From the NCBI GenBank assembly GCA_963854365.1, contig CAWKZI010000001.1, positions 1 to 51,260 on the forward strand: DNA of 51,260 nt, written 5' to 3'. The notes under the pieces are model-generated. The model searched no databases and had not been told where the DNA came from. It was given only the letters and a program-made list of their open reading frames with translations. The stretch is from Gammaproteobacteria bacterium (GTDB taxonomy: Bacteria > Pseudomonadota > Gammaproteobacteria > Pseudomonadales > Pseudohongiellaceae). A program made the translations under genes and the position numbers. Shown one piece after another: positions 9,614-19,888 of the stretch; the first letter of the stretch is position 1; each line of letters opens with the position of its first letter.

Positions 9614-10726
9614 TCAGGCGGCGCAGGCTTTTTGAAAGCTGGCAAAAGCGATATCTTCCGCCTGCTGCAGTGCCTGCTCTTGGTTTGGTTGTATCTTTTG
9701 CCATTTTGATTCGTATTTCGCAAACGGATCTTCGATTCCACTAAACTCGCCAGAGAGTGCTTCGATAATAGCTGTGCCACAAAACGGTACATAGCCAGCT
9801 GAATATCCACCCTCATGGCATATCACTAGGCGCCCTTTGCAGAGATTTTCCGCTACTGCAAGTAATTGCTCAGTCATTGCTCGATAGTGAGACGAGAGCA
9901 ACATCATATGGCCTAGAGGATCCCAAGTACTTCCATCTAAGCCAGAAGCGACTAAGATGATATCTGGCTGAAATTGATCGAGAGCAGGGAGGACTATTCT
10001 ACGCATTGCCGCATCATAAGCACCACCGCCACTACCTGGAGGTAATGGTATATTCATATTAAAACCTAACCCATCACCTTCACCACAATCTTCAACAGCC
10101 CCAGAATTGTGGGGGTAGAGTGAATCTTCATGCAGTGAAATTGTTAGGACATCAGGATCATCATAGAATACTGTTTCCGTACCGTTGCCATGATGAACGT
10201 CCCAATCTACGACAGCTACCTTGTTCACATCATCGCGTAATAACAATTCACGTGCAGTGATAGCCAAGTTAGAGAAAATGCAAAATCCTCGCCCGCGATC
10301 TGGTTCAGCATGATGTCCACATGGTCGAACCAAGGCATAGGCATTCTGAACCTTACCTTCTAAGACCGCCTCGCAGGCACTAATGCAACCACCAACTGCC
10401 AATAAAGCAATCTCATAACTACCAGAACCAAAAGGGGTCAGCTCTCCTGCATTGCCGCCGTTTTCTGCACTGAGTTTACGAATCTTTTCCACATATTCAG
10501 GAGTGTGCACTAGCAACAATTGCGCTTTAGTTGCGGTCATAGGATCAAGCGGCAACAAAGCATCAGTAAATTTATAGGCGTCAAGAAGGTTTTTTAGCCG
10601 GCGCTTAGTTTCCGGGTTTTCGAAATGGACCCAAGGCTCGAACTCGCCTGTTGAAGGCAAAACCCCTAAAGCAGGGCCAGTATCATGCCACATGTATTTT
10701 TCGTGCCAAACAAAGCCTGTACGCAA
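9614..10726 (-). CDS. Histone-deacetylase-family amidohydrolase (acetylpolyamine/acetoin-utilisation type)
   Basis: Motifs RPCGHHAE, VAVVDWDVHHGNGTE and EGGY are present. There is no signal peptide. Confidence 0.85.
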   Translation of the reverse strand: MRTGFVWHEKYMWHDTGPALGVLPSTGEFEPWVHFENPETKRRLKNLLDAYKFTDALLPLDPMTATKAQLLLVHTPEYVEKIRKLSAENGGNAGELTPFGSGSYEIALLAVGGCISACEAVLEGKVQNAYALVRPCGHHAEPDRGRGFCIFSNLAITARELLLRDDVNKVAVVDWDVHHGNGTETVFYDDPDVLTISLHEDSLYPHNSGAVEDCGEGDGLGFNMNIPLPPGSGGGAYDAAMRRIVLPALDQFQPDIILVASGLDGSTWDPLGHMMLLSSHYRAMTEQLLAVAENLCKGRLVICHEGGYSAGYVPFCGTAIIEALSGEFSGIEDPFAKYESKWQKIQPNQEQALQQAEDIAFASFQKACAA

Positions 10727-10747
10727 AGAGCTTTCTCCTTGTTGTTT

Positions 10748-12361
10748 CTAGCGGGATTCCAAATAGAGCTTCTCTAAGCGATCAAGGTTGGCCTTTTTCG
10801 GATGCTCTTCAGTTCGAATTGTAGCATCGAGAATTTGGACAACATCAGATTGAGCGTCATAGCTAGGCCAATTTGGCAAGCCATCACCATTAGGGTTGCC
10901 GTCTCTAGCAAAACTAATCCAATAATCCGCAACAAGTTTTGATAAGCGCCGATCATCATCGTCCCAACCAACGCCTACTAAATCAAGATTATCGAATACA
11001 TAAGCTAAGTCACCGGAATGGTAGGCACCAAAATGACGCTGACCACCATCACCATAAAGGTCTGTTTGTTCTGGCATATAAAGTCTAAACACGGGCGCTT
11101 CCCGTGAAAAAAAATACACATAGGCATTGCTTCCGCGATCAGCAACAAGCCGTCCCCATATTCTTGCCGCGAGCAAAAAACTATTGTCCGTAGTAATGTC
11201 CTTACGAGCATCTAGTGGAGAACTTGCCAGCGAGTCTAAATAGCCACTCTTAATATTCCCTGCCGACTCACCGAAGGCGCCCTGCAAATAATCATCTAAT
11301 GCCTGCTCAGTAATTTCATCTGCTGTGTGTTGCAACCCATGATATTCATTAGCAAGGCCGCCGACCATAACCGGAATATTGTTGTGTCTACCCGATTCTA
11401 ATAAGTCATAGGGCGCATCAGGAATTACCCATCCGTCAATAATAGTAGAGCCACCTACGCCGGGAGTCGCGATAACGACTTCTGCATCTAAGGACCGAAG
11501 TTCAGCCAGGGATGCTGAACTATTGCCAGAAACACCTAGTCGGCTGGCAAAAGCTTCGCCACCCGCATGAGCTGAATTTTCCCCTTCATCAAGTCGGCGA
11601 TCTAATTTTATGCACCCCGGGGACTGGCCAATTACACCTGAAATCATTCCCTCAGTGAGCGGCGAAGACATAAGCAAGCACACATCCGTGCCACCTGCGG
11701 ATTGTCCAAAGATAGTAACCCGATCAGGGTCTCCACCAAAATTCGTGATATTATTCTGCACCCATTTTAATACTTCAACCTGATCAAGAATTCCATAGTT
11801 TCCCGATGAGTCATTCTCTGACTCTGCTGTTAAAGCAGGATGTGCAAGATAACCAAGTGAACCAAGGCGATAATTTGCAGTAATAATTACTGCACCTCGA
11901 GCCGCTAGATTTGAACCATCAAAAATTAACGGGCCACCATGACCTGCCGTGTTGCCACCGCCATGAAACCAAACCATCACCGGCAATGAAGCTGACTCGG
12001 TTTGTGCACCACTAAATACATTGAGATACAAACAGTCTTCAGAGCGCTGCAGGTTTCCCCTTGCATAGAGAGAATTATCTGGATTTCGCATTTGCCAACA
12101 AGCTGGACCAATATTATTGGCTTGTCGAACACCCGCAAACGGAATGGCAGGGGCTGGTGGCGCCCAGCGCAAATCACGCACTGGCGGCGCCGCATAGGCA
12201 ATACCTTTAAAAACATTTACCCCGGGCTGATGCGCAGATCTGCTACCTGAAAAAATACCACTGTCGGTACTGATGGTTTCGAAACTAGCCGCCATGCTTT
12301 GACCTGAAAAAAGTCCAACAATTAGTGTGCTTAGTAAAGCGGCTGAGAAATATTTAAGCAT
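10748..12361 (-). CDS. Secreted type-B carboxylesterase/lipase
   Basis: Carries the classic EDCLYLNVF signature and the nucleophile elbow FGQSAGG. The start is chosen at ATG 12361 (AGGAAA lies 9 nt upstream), which gives the signal peptide MLKYFSAALLSTLIVGLFSGQSMA. The ORF-track start at 12448 adds a non-signal extension. Confidence 0.85.
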   Translation of the reverse strand: MLKYFSAALLSTLIVGLFSGQSMAASFETISTDSGIFSGSRSAHQPGVNVFKGIAYAAPPVRDLRWAPPAPAIPFAGVRQANNIGPACWQMRNPDNSLYARGNLQRSEDCLYLNVFSGAQTESASLPVMVWFHGGGNTAGHGGPLIFDGSNLAARGAVIITANYRLGSLGYLAHPALTAESENDSSGNYGILDQVEVLKWVQNNITNFGGDPDRVTIFGQSAGGTDVCLLMSSPLTEGMISGVIGQSPGCIKLDRRLDEGENSAHAGGEAFASRLGVSGNSSASLAELRSLDAEVVIATPGVGGSTIIDGWVIPDAPYDLLESGRHNNIPVMVGGLANEYHGLQHTADEITEQALDDYLQGAFGESAGNIKSGYLDSLASSPLDARKDITTDNSFLLAARIWGRLVADRGSNAYVYFFSREAPVFRLYMPEQTDLYGDGGQRHFGAYHSGDLAYVFDNLDLVGVGWDDDDRRLSKLVADYWISFARDGNPNGDGLPNWPSYDAQSDVVQILDATIRTEEHPKKANLDRLEKLYLESR

Positions 12362-12467
12362 CCCATAAACTTTCCTAAGTCGCCGATCGATAAACACAAA
12401 ATTCGCTTTTGACTGCATGACGATTACTACCTCATTTTTGCTTAACAATTGATACTTGGCCTATGGT

Positions 12468-13757
12468 TTACTGAACGACTTCTTCAAGTCGCAATAGGGC
12501 ACCATTTGGTTCATCAATCAATACGTAGAGATATCCATCAGGACTTTGAGTAATCCCTGTGACTCGCTGTCCAAACTCTCTTAACAGACCTTCCCGTCGT
12601 ATTTCATCACCACGGCTGTTGAAAACCACCCGCTCAATATGGCCAGTGCCTGGAATTCTGCCTTCCATCATAGAACCTACAAACATATTTCCCTGCCAGC
12701 TTGGAATTTTGTCGCCACTGTAGAATGCCAGCCCTGAAGGCGCTATCGAGGGCCACCATAGAACTTCTGGATCAACGAATTCGCTACTCCAAGGCTGATC
12801 GGACACTCTGTCACCACGATACTGTCTACTATAGGAAACTATAGGCCAACCGTAATTCTCCCCTGGGCGAATAATATTGGCTTCATCACCACCTTGAGGC
12901 CCATTTTCTGTCGCCCACAAATCACCAGTTTCTGGATGAAAAGACAATCCAATTTGATTGCGGTGCCCTACCGAATAGACTTCCGGCAAATATTCTCCAC
13001 TCTCAACGAAGGGGTTGTCCTCAGGCACAGAGCCGTCTGAATTGAGTCTGAGTAATTTTCCAAAGTGATTGCTAGGGTCTTGCGCAAGATCGCCACTACC
13101 TGCGTAAACATAGGCACCACCGATAGACATCATAAGTTTATTATCAGGTGTAAACAGTAGTTGTGAGGCAGCGATACTGCGATCATAACCAGCAGCAGAA
13201 AATATCTCCTCGACATCTGTCAATTGATCTTCAATCAATCGGCCTCGCGCCAAAGTAACCTTCTGCTCTGCTTCTCCATCCACCATCACGGCCTTGTGAT
13301 AGGTCAGATAAACCAATTGATCATCATCCGGATGCAAGGCCACCGCCATCAATCCAGCACGGAAAATTTCCCCATAAACTTCAGGTACGCCACCAATATC
13401 TTGATCAAGCAAGCGACCATCTCGAACGATGCGCAATTTACCAGTGTATCTTTCGGTAATAAGTATGTCGCCATTGTCCCTAAATGCCATGGTAAAAGGA
13501 TTGGCAAGACCAAGTGCAACTGGCACGACTCGAATCTCGGGAACCTCATGCGTACTTATGATTAGAGGTTGGGCAAAAGGCGACAACTCTTCAACTTCAT
13601 CGGAAGATAATGTTACTGCAGCTGCTTCGGATGAACTAGATTCCACTACCGCAACAAGCTGCGATGATTTATCCATTTCAGTGCCCGAACCGAGCAGAAG
13701 AAATACACTAACACCAACACCGAGTACTAGCAGCCCAACTTTCAGAAAATTATTCAT
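12468..13757 (-). CDS. Exported PQQ-dependent sugar dehydrogenase (soluble glucose/sorbosone dehydrogenase family)
   Basis: N-terminal membrane anchor or signal, then the block GHRNQIGLSFHPETGDLWATENGPQGGDEANIIRPGENYGWP, which is typical of sGDH-type six-bladed propellers. Confidence 0.8.
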   Translation of the reverse strand: MNNFLKVGLLVLGVGVSVFLLLGSGTEMDKSSQLVAVVESSSSEAAAVTLSSDEVEELSPFAQPLIISTHEVPEIRVVPVALGLANPFTMAFRDNGDILITERYTGKLRIVRDGRLLDQDIGGVPEVYGEIFRAGLMAVALHPDDDQLVYLTYHKAVMVDGEAEQKVTLARGRLIEDQLTDVEEIFSAAGYDRSIAASQLLFTPDNKLMMSIGGAYVYAGSGDLAQDPSNHFGKLLRLNSDGSVPEDNPFVESGEYLPEVYSVGHRNQIGLSFHPETGDLWATENGPQGGDEANIIRPGENYGWPIVSYSRQYRGDRVSDQPWSSEFVDPEVLWWPSIAPSGLAFYSGDKIPSWQGNMFVGSMMEGRIPGTGHIERVVFNSRGDEIRREGLLREFGQRVTGITQSPDGYLYVLIDEPNGALLRLEEVVQ

Positions 13758-13799
13758 AATTGCTTCTCAACTTCGAGTGGTTTTTTGATGAAATATCAC

Positions 13800-14906
13800 T
13801 TAGTGGCGATGTCCAGATCCATGCTCTGATGCAACCGCATCGTAATGCATACGAATCAGATCACGGCCGAAATCACCCATATAATCACGCCACACCAAAT
13901 GGACATGATTATTATTGTTTTGCGTATTATCGTATTCAATCAGAAATCCAGGTCCCTGCACGCGAAAATAATGACCTTCGCCACGAGCTGTACTGCCAAT
14001 CCACAAAAATTTGATACCAGCCAAACCACTTTGACGAATTACACTTAAGCGCTCATCAGCAATAGCCCTTGGTTGGGACGATGCCAATTCTTCGATAAGG
14101 CTCATCAACATAGCTTTTTGATTAGTATTCATGGAGTAATAACTGAGGCCTAAATATTCCAGCGGTCCAACTTCTTTCTCTGCCGCAGTAAAAATATCAC
14201 TTGGCGCTTCTTCATTAATTATTGCCTTACGAGCTTGTATCACATCCATCGACATTACCAGACTGCGAGCAAGATCCTCTTCAGTGGAGAGAACTCTTGT
14301 ACCTATTCTCGGGCCTTGTCTTACCTCTGCTGGATTACTACCAAAAAACTGCGGAGAACTGGATACCCCCTGCCCACCTATAAAAGTCCAATTAAATGCC
14401 AAGTGATGCCCTTCATAACGCAGCGCCCAGTCGTTTTCCAAACCAGGCTCGCCAAAAACAGTAATAAAATAGAGATCTGGGTCGCGATCAAAACGACCAT
14501 TTACTTCTATCTCCGCCAGTACCAATTCCAAACTACGAACGTTTTCTGCTTTTGCGTAACCCTCGGCGCTAAAAAAAGTTTGTATAAGTTCGCTGGCAGA
14601 CTGCTTTTGGGCATCATTCATACTCTTAAACGGAACACCTTTGCGATCCCGTGGGATAAAATGCCAATTTAATCTCTCTTCATCATTAAACTCATAGCTA
14701 GCACTGTTACGCTGAAATTGACTGAGATTAGAAAGGAAAGAGTTCGTCGCATTGACCATCTCTTCGGTCAGATCGATTCGAGCCTGGGCTGCAGCTGACT
14801 GTCCATAAGAGGAGCCAGCCATCAGCGAAATTGAGCCTGCGATCACGAAAATCGCGGCAAGTTTACTTATTGTGAATTCTTGAATCTTAAAATCAGTAGT
14901 GAACAT
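13800..14906 (-). CDS. DUF3500 domain protein (exported)
   Basis: Signal peptide, then YEGHHLAFNW and the C-terminal HYFRVQGPGFLIEYDNTQNNNNHVH pattern that I associate with DUF3500. First gene of a four-gene same-strand run. Confidence 0.65.
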   Translation of the reverse strand: MFTTDFKIQEFTISKLAAIFVIAGSISLMAGSSYGQSAAAQARIDLTEEMVNATNSFLSNLSQFQRNSASYEFNDEERLNWHFIPRDRKGVPFKSMNDAQKQSASELIQTFFSAEGYAKAENVRSLELVLAEIEVNGRFDRDPDLYFITVFGEPGLENDWALRYEGHHLAFNWTFIGGQGVSSSPQFFGSNPAEVRQGPRIGTRVLSTEEDLARSLVMSMDVIQARKAIINEEAPSDIFTAAEKEVGPLEYLGLSYYSMNTNQKAMLMSLIEELASSQPRAIADERLSVIRQSGLAGIKFLWIGSTARGEGHYFRVQGPGFLIEYDNTQNNNNHVHLVWRDYMGDFGRDLIRMHYDAVASEHGSGHRH

Positions 14907-15073
14907 GGCGAATTCCTCGTTCTCTAGTTTTATTGTTGTTTCGGTTTGTCAGAAGAACCAAAGAGAATAAACCCGCAGTCACCGCCAGTCTAGAGGTGAC
15001 TTACATGTATTACCAATTGTCAGCATTAACAATTTCTGCCATAAATAGCAGTTTTTCAACCAAGGAAGTATCC

Positions 15074-16042
15074 ATGAAAGCGGTAAGAGTCAAAGAATAC
15101 GGTGGCCCTGAGGTCATGTCCTATGAAGATATAGATTTGCCTGCTCCTGGACCAACAGACGTTCTCGTAAAAATTGCAGCGGCAGGCATCAACTTTATAG
15201 ACACTTACCAACGTTCAGGACTGTACCCTGTCCCCCTTCCCCTTACTCTAGGCTTGGAAGGTGCAGGTACCGTTGAGGAAACTGGCGCGGAGGTATCGCT
15301 ATTCAAAAAAGGCGATCGTGTCGCTTACACCAGTGTTGCTGGATCGTATGCAGAATATGCCAGTGTGACGGAAGATAAGCTTGTACGTATTCCTGATGGT
15401 GTGTCTTTCGCTCAGGGAGCGGCTGCAATGCTGCAAGGATGCACCGCGCATTACTTGAGTCAAAGCACTTATCCGATCAAAAATAATGACAGCTGCCTCA
15501 TTCACGCGGCCGCCGGTGGTGTTGGTCTATTGCTCACGCAAATGGCAAAAATGGCTGGTGCTTTCGTTATCGCAACAGTATCCACCGAAGAAAAAGCAGA
15601 GCTTGCCAAAGGAGCAGGTGCTGATGAGGTAATCCTTTATTCGGAGCAAGATTTCGAAGCCGAAGTAAAACGCATTACTGAAAGTAAAGGAGTCAACGTT
15701 GTTTACGATTCTGTAGGCAAAACTACTTTCGAAAAAAGTATAAACTGCTTACAACCGCTGGGTTATATGGTGCTCTATGGCAATGCCAGCGGTCCGGTAA
15801 CAGAATTTAATCCAGCATCACTGGGGGCTAAAGGTTCACTTTTCTTAACTCGCCCCACTCTGTTTTCTTATACCGCAGATCGCGAAGCGCTAGACTGGCG
15901 CAGTGGCGATGTATTTGAGTGGGTTAGGGAAAGCAAACTAGATCTACGAATCGAACATTTTTTTCCATTGTCGGAAGTTCGCGAAGCACACAGCGCTCTG
16001 GAAGGCAGAGAAACTACAGGAAAAATCATTCTAACTCCCTGA
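15074..16042 (+). CDS. qor: NADPH:quinone oxidoreductase (zeta-crystallin type MDR)
   Basis: ATG 15074 is preceded by AAGGAAG. The N-terminus MKAVRVKEYGGPEVMSYEDIDLPAPGPTDVLVKIAAAGINFIDTYQRSGLYP and the nucleotide-binding loop AAAGGVG are present. The ORF-track start at 14933 adds a 47-aa non-homologous extension. Confidence 0.85.
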   Translation: MKAVRVKEYGGPEVMSYEDIDLPAPGPTDVLVKIAAAGINFIDTYQRSGLYPVPLPLTLGLEGAGTVEETGAEVSLFKKGDRVAYTSVAGSYAEYASVTEDKLVRIPDGVSFAQGAAAMLQGCTAHYLSQSTYPIKNNDSCLIHAAAGGVGLLLTQMAKMAGAFVIATVSTEEKAELAKGAGADEVILYSEQDFEAEVKRITESKGVNVVYDSVGKTTFEKSINCLQPLGYMVLYGNASGPVTEFNPASLGAKGSLFLTRPTLFSYTADREALDWRSGDVFEWVRESKLDLRIEHFFPLSEVREAHSALEGRETTGKIILTP

Positions 16043-16062
16043 AAAATTATGTGGAAATAATG

Positions 16063-16083
16063 GCTATCTAGTCCATAGATAGC
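16063..16083 (+). terminator. Hairpin after qor (possible terminator)
   Basis: GCTATCTA-gtcca-TAGATAGC forms a perfect 8-bp stem, 21 nt after the stop codon, followed by tatgtttct. Confidence 0.35.
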
Positions 16084-16211
16084 TATGTTTCTACTAGCTA
16101 GATATATAACAATATCTGCACGTTCTATAATAATTGCTTTAATGAACAAACTACTTCTAATACTTTGGCGAATAGATAAACTATTAATTAGCAAACCGAT
16201 AAGGAACTACT

Positions 16212-17096
16212 ATGTTAAAACTTAAAACTCTGCTACTGGGTGCTTTGGTTATGCTTGCCAGTGGTGTGGCAACTGCACAATCAATTGATTTTGGTCGTGG
16301 CGACTTACCCGTAACTGTTCCAGAAAATTATTCTTCTGAAACACCGACACCACTCATCGTATTATTACATGGGTACGGCAGCACTGGAGCTGGCCAGGAT
16401 TCTTATCTAGGCTTTAGCCGAGTTGCCGATCGCTATGGTTTTCTTTTTGTTGCGCCTGATGGCGACCAAGAAGCCAGCGGTCGCCGCGCTAGATTTTGGA
16501 ATGCTACCGATGCCTGCTGCGATTTCTCTGGGGCGGATAACGGCGACTCAGATTACATTCACGGCATCATCAACAAGATGAAGGATGAATACAACGTAGA
16601 CTCGAGCAGGGTTTATCTTGTTGGTCATTCCAATGGTGGCTTCATGTCTTACCAAATGGCTTACCTACATTCAAATGACATCGCCGCAATTGCGAGTCTT
16701 GCTGGAGCCAGCCACTATGAAACCCGAGATGCGCCTGGTAACCCAATACACGTCCTACAAATTCATGGCACTAACGACACAACAATTGTTTATGAGGGTG
16801 GTGATATTCAAGACAATAGTTATCCCAGCGCTATGGAAACGGTTACCCAATGGGCAACTTACAATGGGTGTTCTACAGAAGGCGCTGGACGCGAACTGCG
16901 AGATCTCGAGTCAAGTTTGGATGGGCATGAGTCGGAAGTTATACTGTTTGAAATAGGATGTGATGCTGGAGGCTCAGCCGAACTTTGGACAATTAAAGAC
17001 GGCTCTCACGTACCAAGAGTCTCGGAAACTTTTAGTTCACAGGTTGTGGAATGGCTATATGCCCACCCGAAGGCTAGCGAAAGCTATTCTGACTAA
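16212..17096 (+). CDS. Secreted esterase of the PHB-depolymerase/feruloyl-esterase (LpqC-like) family
   Basis: AAGGAA ribosome-binding site and a signal peptide. Motifs LIVLLHGYGSTG, WNATDACCDF and the nucleophile elbow VYLVGHSNGGFMSY are present. Confidence 0.75.
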   Translation: MLKLKTLLLGALVMLASGVATAQSIDFGRGDLPVTVPENYSSETPTPLIVLLHGYGSTGAGQDSYLGFSRVADRYGFLFVAPDGDQEASGRRARFWNATDACCDFSGADNGDSDYIHGIINKMKDEYNVDSSRVYLVGHSNGGFMSYQMAYLHSNDIAAIASLAGASHYETRDAPGNPIHVLQIHGTNDTTIVYEGGDIQDNSYPSAMETVTQWATYNGCSTEGAGRELRDLESSLDGHESEVILFEIGCDAGGSAELWTIKDGSHVPRVSETFSSQVVEWLYAHPKASESYSD

Positions 17097-17180
17097 ACTC
17101 TTTTAATTCTGACAAAGAGTCCCGATTCCTTTGCTAAAAAAGTTAGGGGTTTTTTAATTATTTATCTAAGTGAAAAGCAA

Positions 17181-18002
17181 ATGTCCTATTCTCTCCAGTT
17201 AACAAATCAAATAGTTAAACAATCCAGCACGTTGCTGTTTTACCTTATAATCTCAGCGATATACCTGCTGCCATCAGCGAATGCTCAGGAAGGCGAATGG
17301 ATTGATTTATTCAATGGTGAAAACCTTGATAATTGGCTAATTAAGTTTACTGGGCAGAACTTAGGCATAAATTTTCGCGATACCTTCCTAGTTGAAGATG
17401 GGCTTCTAACTGTTTCCTATGACAACTGGGAAAATTTTAATGGTGAGTTTGGTCATCTATTTTATGATCAAGTTTTCTCTCACTACCTCTTACGAGTGGA
17501 ATATCGTTTCACTGGCGAACAGGTAACTAATGGCCCGAGCTGGGCCTATCGTAACAATGGCTTGATGTTGCACAGCCAAGACCCACGAACTATGACCGTT
17601 AACCAGGAATTTCCTGCCTCCATAGAATCCCAATTATTGGGCGGCAATGGAAGAGATCATCGCACTAACCTTAATGTTTGTACGCCCGGGACCAATATGA
17701 TGATGGCGGGAAAGCTTATTCTTCAGCATTGCACCAACTCAAACTCCGGTACTTTCCACGGAGACCAATGGGTAACTGTGGAGATTGAGGTTAGAGGTAG
17801 CGAAACCTTAATTCATCGAATAAATGGTGAAAAGGTTTTTGAATTGACCGGCATCCAACTCGATGATCGAGACGCGGACGCTCAGGCATTGCTGGAAAAA
17901 GGCGCGTCACTAACTCTTAAAGAAGGATACGTGGCACTACAAGCAGAAAGCCATCCAACGCAGTTTCGCAAAATTGAACTTCTTCCATTAGAAGCTAATT
18001 AA
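17181..18002 (+). CDS. DUF1080 (3-keto-disaccharide hydrolase-like) exported protein
   Basis: Signal peptide, then WIDLFNGENLDNW near the N-terminus and GYVALQAESHPTQFRKIELLPL at the C-terminus. This is the typical DUF1080 layout. Confidence 0.8.
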   Translation: MSYSLQLTNQIVKQSSTLLFYLIISAIYLLPSANAQEGEWIDLFNGENLDNWLIKFTGQNLGINFRDTFLVEDGLLTVSYDNWENFNGEFGHLFYDQVFSHYLLRVEYRFTGEQVTNGPSWAYRNNGLMLHSQDPRTMTVNQEFPASIESQLLGGNGRDHRTNLNVCTPGTNMMMAGKLILQHCTNSNSGTFHGDQWVTVEIEVRGSETLIHRINGEKVFELTGIQLDDRDADAQALLEKGASLTLKEGYVALQAESHPTQFRKIELLPLEAN

Positions 18003-18034
18003 GTTAGCCCTTCCTCATTTACTATGAAAGGCAT

Positions 18035-19888
18035 CTACAATAGCGCTTCGATTCTATCCATTAGAGAAGACATTCTTCGTAACACGGGCTCATAGGCTTC
18101 AGGTTGGGTCATATCCAAGCCAGCTTCATTCAGTAATATATTGTGAGGATAGTCGGACCCGCCAGCACTCAACACGCGAATAAACGCATCACGCACTTCA
18201 TCATCTCCTGCAAGAAACTGCTCGGCAAACCACGCAGCCCCGCTGATTGATGTCGCATACTGAAAAACGTAAAAATCTAAATAGAAATGGGGAATAAATG
18301 CCCATTCCACAGCATAGGCATCGTCAATAGTAAGCACTCCTTGATCATGACCGTGATAACGCTTTAATAGTTCTGCGTAGATTTCAGTAAATTTCGGCCC
18401 GGTAAGAGGCTGGCCATTTTCGGCTGCTTCATGGATTGCCTGCTCAAACTCTGCAAACATCGTTTGCCGGAAGAAGGTGCCACGAATCTGTTCCAAAGCT
18501 CCGCCAAGATAAAATAATTTCTCTTCATCGCTACGAGCATTTTCAATCATGTATTCCTGCAATAGAATTTCATTAATTGTTGACGCCATCTCTGCAGTAA
18601 AAGTGGAATAACCTGCAGTCTCATAGGGATTATTGGTATTAGAGAGCAAAGAATGAACCGCATGGCCCCATTCATGAGCGAAGGTGGACATGGATTCGTA
18701 GTCATCATTGTGGTTCAACAATACATACGGGTGGACATCATAAATCGAGCCATTCATGTAGGCACCAGAACGTTTGCCTGGCTGAGGATGACTATGCATC
18801 CAATCTTGAGATAGTCCGAAAGCTAACAAATCGAGATAAGTTTTACCAAATGGTCTAAGTGCTTCGAGAGTTATTTCTTCAGAACGATTAAGGTCAAACA
18901 CCCCCGTATCAACTTCTACCAATGGTGGGTAAATATCGTAATAGCGGAGATCCTCAATTCCCAGCATTCTTCCACGCAGAGAAAGGTAGCGATGAAACAC
19001 CGGCAAGGATTTATTTACCTGCGCCACAAGCTGAGTATAAATTTCAGGCGGCAGGCCATCATTAAACAAATTGCTGGCCAACACTCCATCATGATTTCTT
19101 ACTCGAGCTGAAAACACATTGGACTGCACTTCAGCAGCAAGAGTTGCACCCATACCATCGGCAAACTGGTCCCAAGTCGACCAGAAAGTATCGAACACTA
19201 ATTTGCGATCATCCCGAATTGGTGCTGCACGCCACAAACCATAACCGGCCTGACTCAGGGTAACTTCCGTCCCCTCACTTAAAGTGATAGTTGGCCAGGG
19301 GATATCAGCGTTAGCGTAATTGCCATAAATTTGCTGCGGTGCAGAGAGAATCATACCGGCTTGTGCAAGAACTGCCTCGGTTCTTTCATCCAATGTATGG
19401 GGAGCATTGCGTAGCGTGTCTCGGAAAATAAATTCAAAATCTGCGAGTGCTGACTCTTCCCCGAAGAACTGACTAATTCGATCTTCACCAATACTCAGTA
19501 GCTCAGGACTAATCCAGGATGTTGCCTCATTCAAGTTATTAAACATTTGTCGCGCCAGCCCAAATCTAGCTTGCGCTTTTGGCTCTCGCTGATCTGCGTC
19601 GCGGCCCAGACTGGTATATACATAGACTCGAGCAGATTCTTTATTCAATTTGGAATACTTCTTAAAGCCTGCAAGCATCGTCTGGGCACTATTGCCAAGC
19701 GTACCTTTATACTTCTCCAGATCTTCGATCTCTCTATTAACTGCTTCCAAAGCATCTTCCCATTCAGCAATCGTGGGATAGATTTCCGTCAGATCCCATT
19801 CGTAGCGGATTACCTCTTCTGTTTGCCCAATACTAGTAGATGCCTCGAGTAGAAGGCACACTCCAAATAGCGCGGCTAGTAATTTCAT
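18035..19888 (-). CDS. pepF: M3B oligoendopeptidase F family metallopeptidase with signal peptide
   Basis: 617 aa. Zinc motif FAHEWGHAVH and a signal-like N-terminus MKLLAALFGVCLLLEASTSIGQ. Confidence 0.85.
   Translation of the reverse strand: MKLLAALFGVCLLLEASTSIGQTEEVIRYEWDLTEIYPTIAEWEDALEAVNREIEDLEKYKGTLGNSAQTMLAGFKKYSKLNKESARVYVYTSLGRDADQREPKAQARFGLARQMFNNLNEATSWISPELLSIGEDRISQFFGEESALADFEFIFRDTLRNAPHTLDERTEAVLAQAGMILSAPQQIYGNYANADIPWPTITLSEGTEVTLSQAGYGLWRAAPIRDDRKLVFDTFWSTWDQFADGMGATLAAEVQSNVFSARVRNHDGVLASNLFNDGLPPEIYTQLVAQVNKSLPVFHRYLSLRGRMLGIEDLRYYDIYPPLVEVDTGVFDLNRSEEITLEALRPFGKTYLDLLAFGLSQDWMHSHPQPGKRSGAYMNGSIYDVHPYVLLNHNDDYESMSTFAHEWGHAVHSLLSNTNNPYETAGYSTFTAEMASTINEILLQEYMIENARSDEEKLFYLGGALEQIRGTFFRQTMFAEFEQAIHEAAENGQPLTGPKFTEIYAELLKRYHGHDQGVLTIDDAYAVEWAFIPHFYLDFYVFQYATSISGAAWFAEQFLAGDDEVRDAFIRVLSAGGSDYPHNILLNEAGLDMTQPEAYEPVLRRMSSLMDRIEALL

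Noticed and set aside
9457-9816. 119-aa minus-strand ORF spanning the junction of the convergent carboxyltransferase and HDAC-like genes
   Set aside because: It overlaps the well-supported 3' ends of both genes, has no recognisable motifs, and looks like a typical shadow ORF.
13429-14672. Plus-strand ORFs of 119, 84, 67 and 145 aa (13429..13788, 13760..14014, 13845..14048, 14235..14672)
   Set aside because: All lie antisense within the sGDH-type and DUF3500 genes, whose motifs strongly support the minus-strand frames.
14933-15073. 47-codon N-terminal extension of the quinone oxidoreductase ORF. Similar extensions occur at 4236, 12448, 20326, 21773, 28365 and 39444.
   Set aside because: In each case an internal ATG with a better Shine-Dalgarno sequence yields the canonical N-terminus or a clean signal peptide. 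The extensions have no homology-like features.
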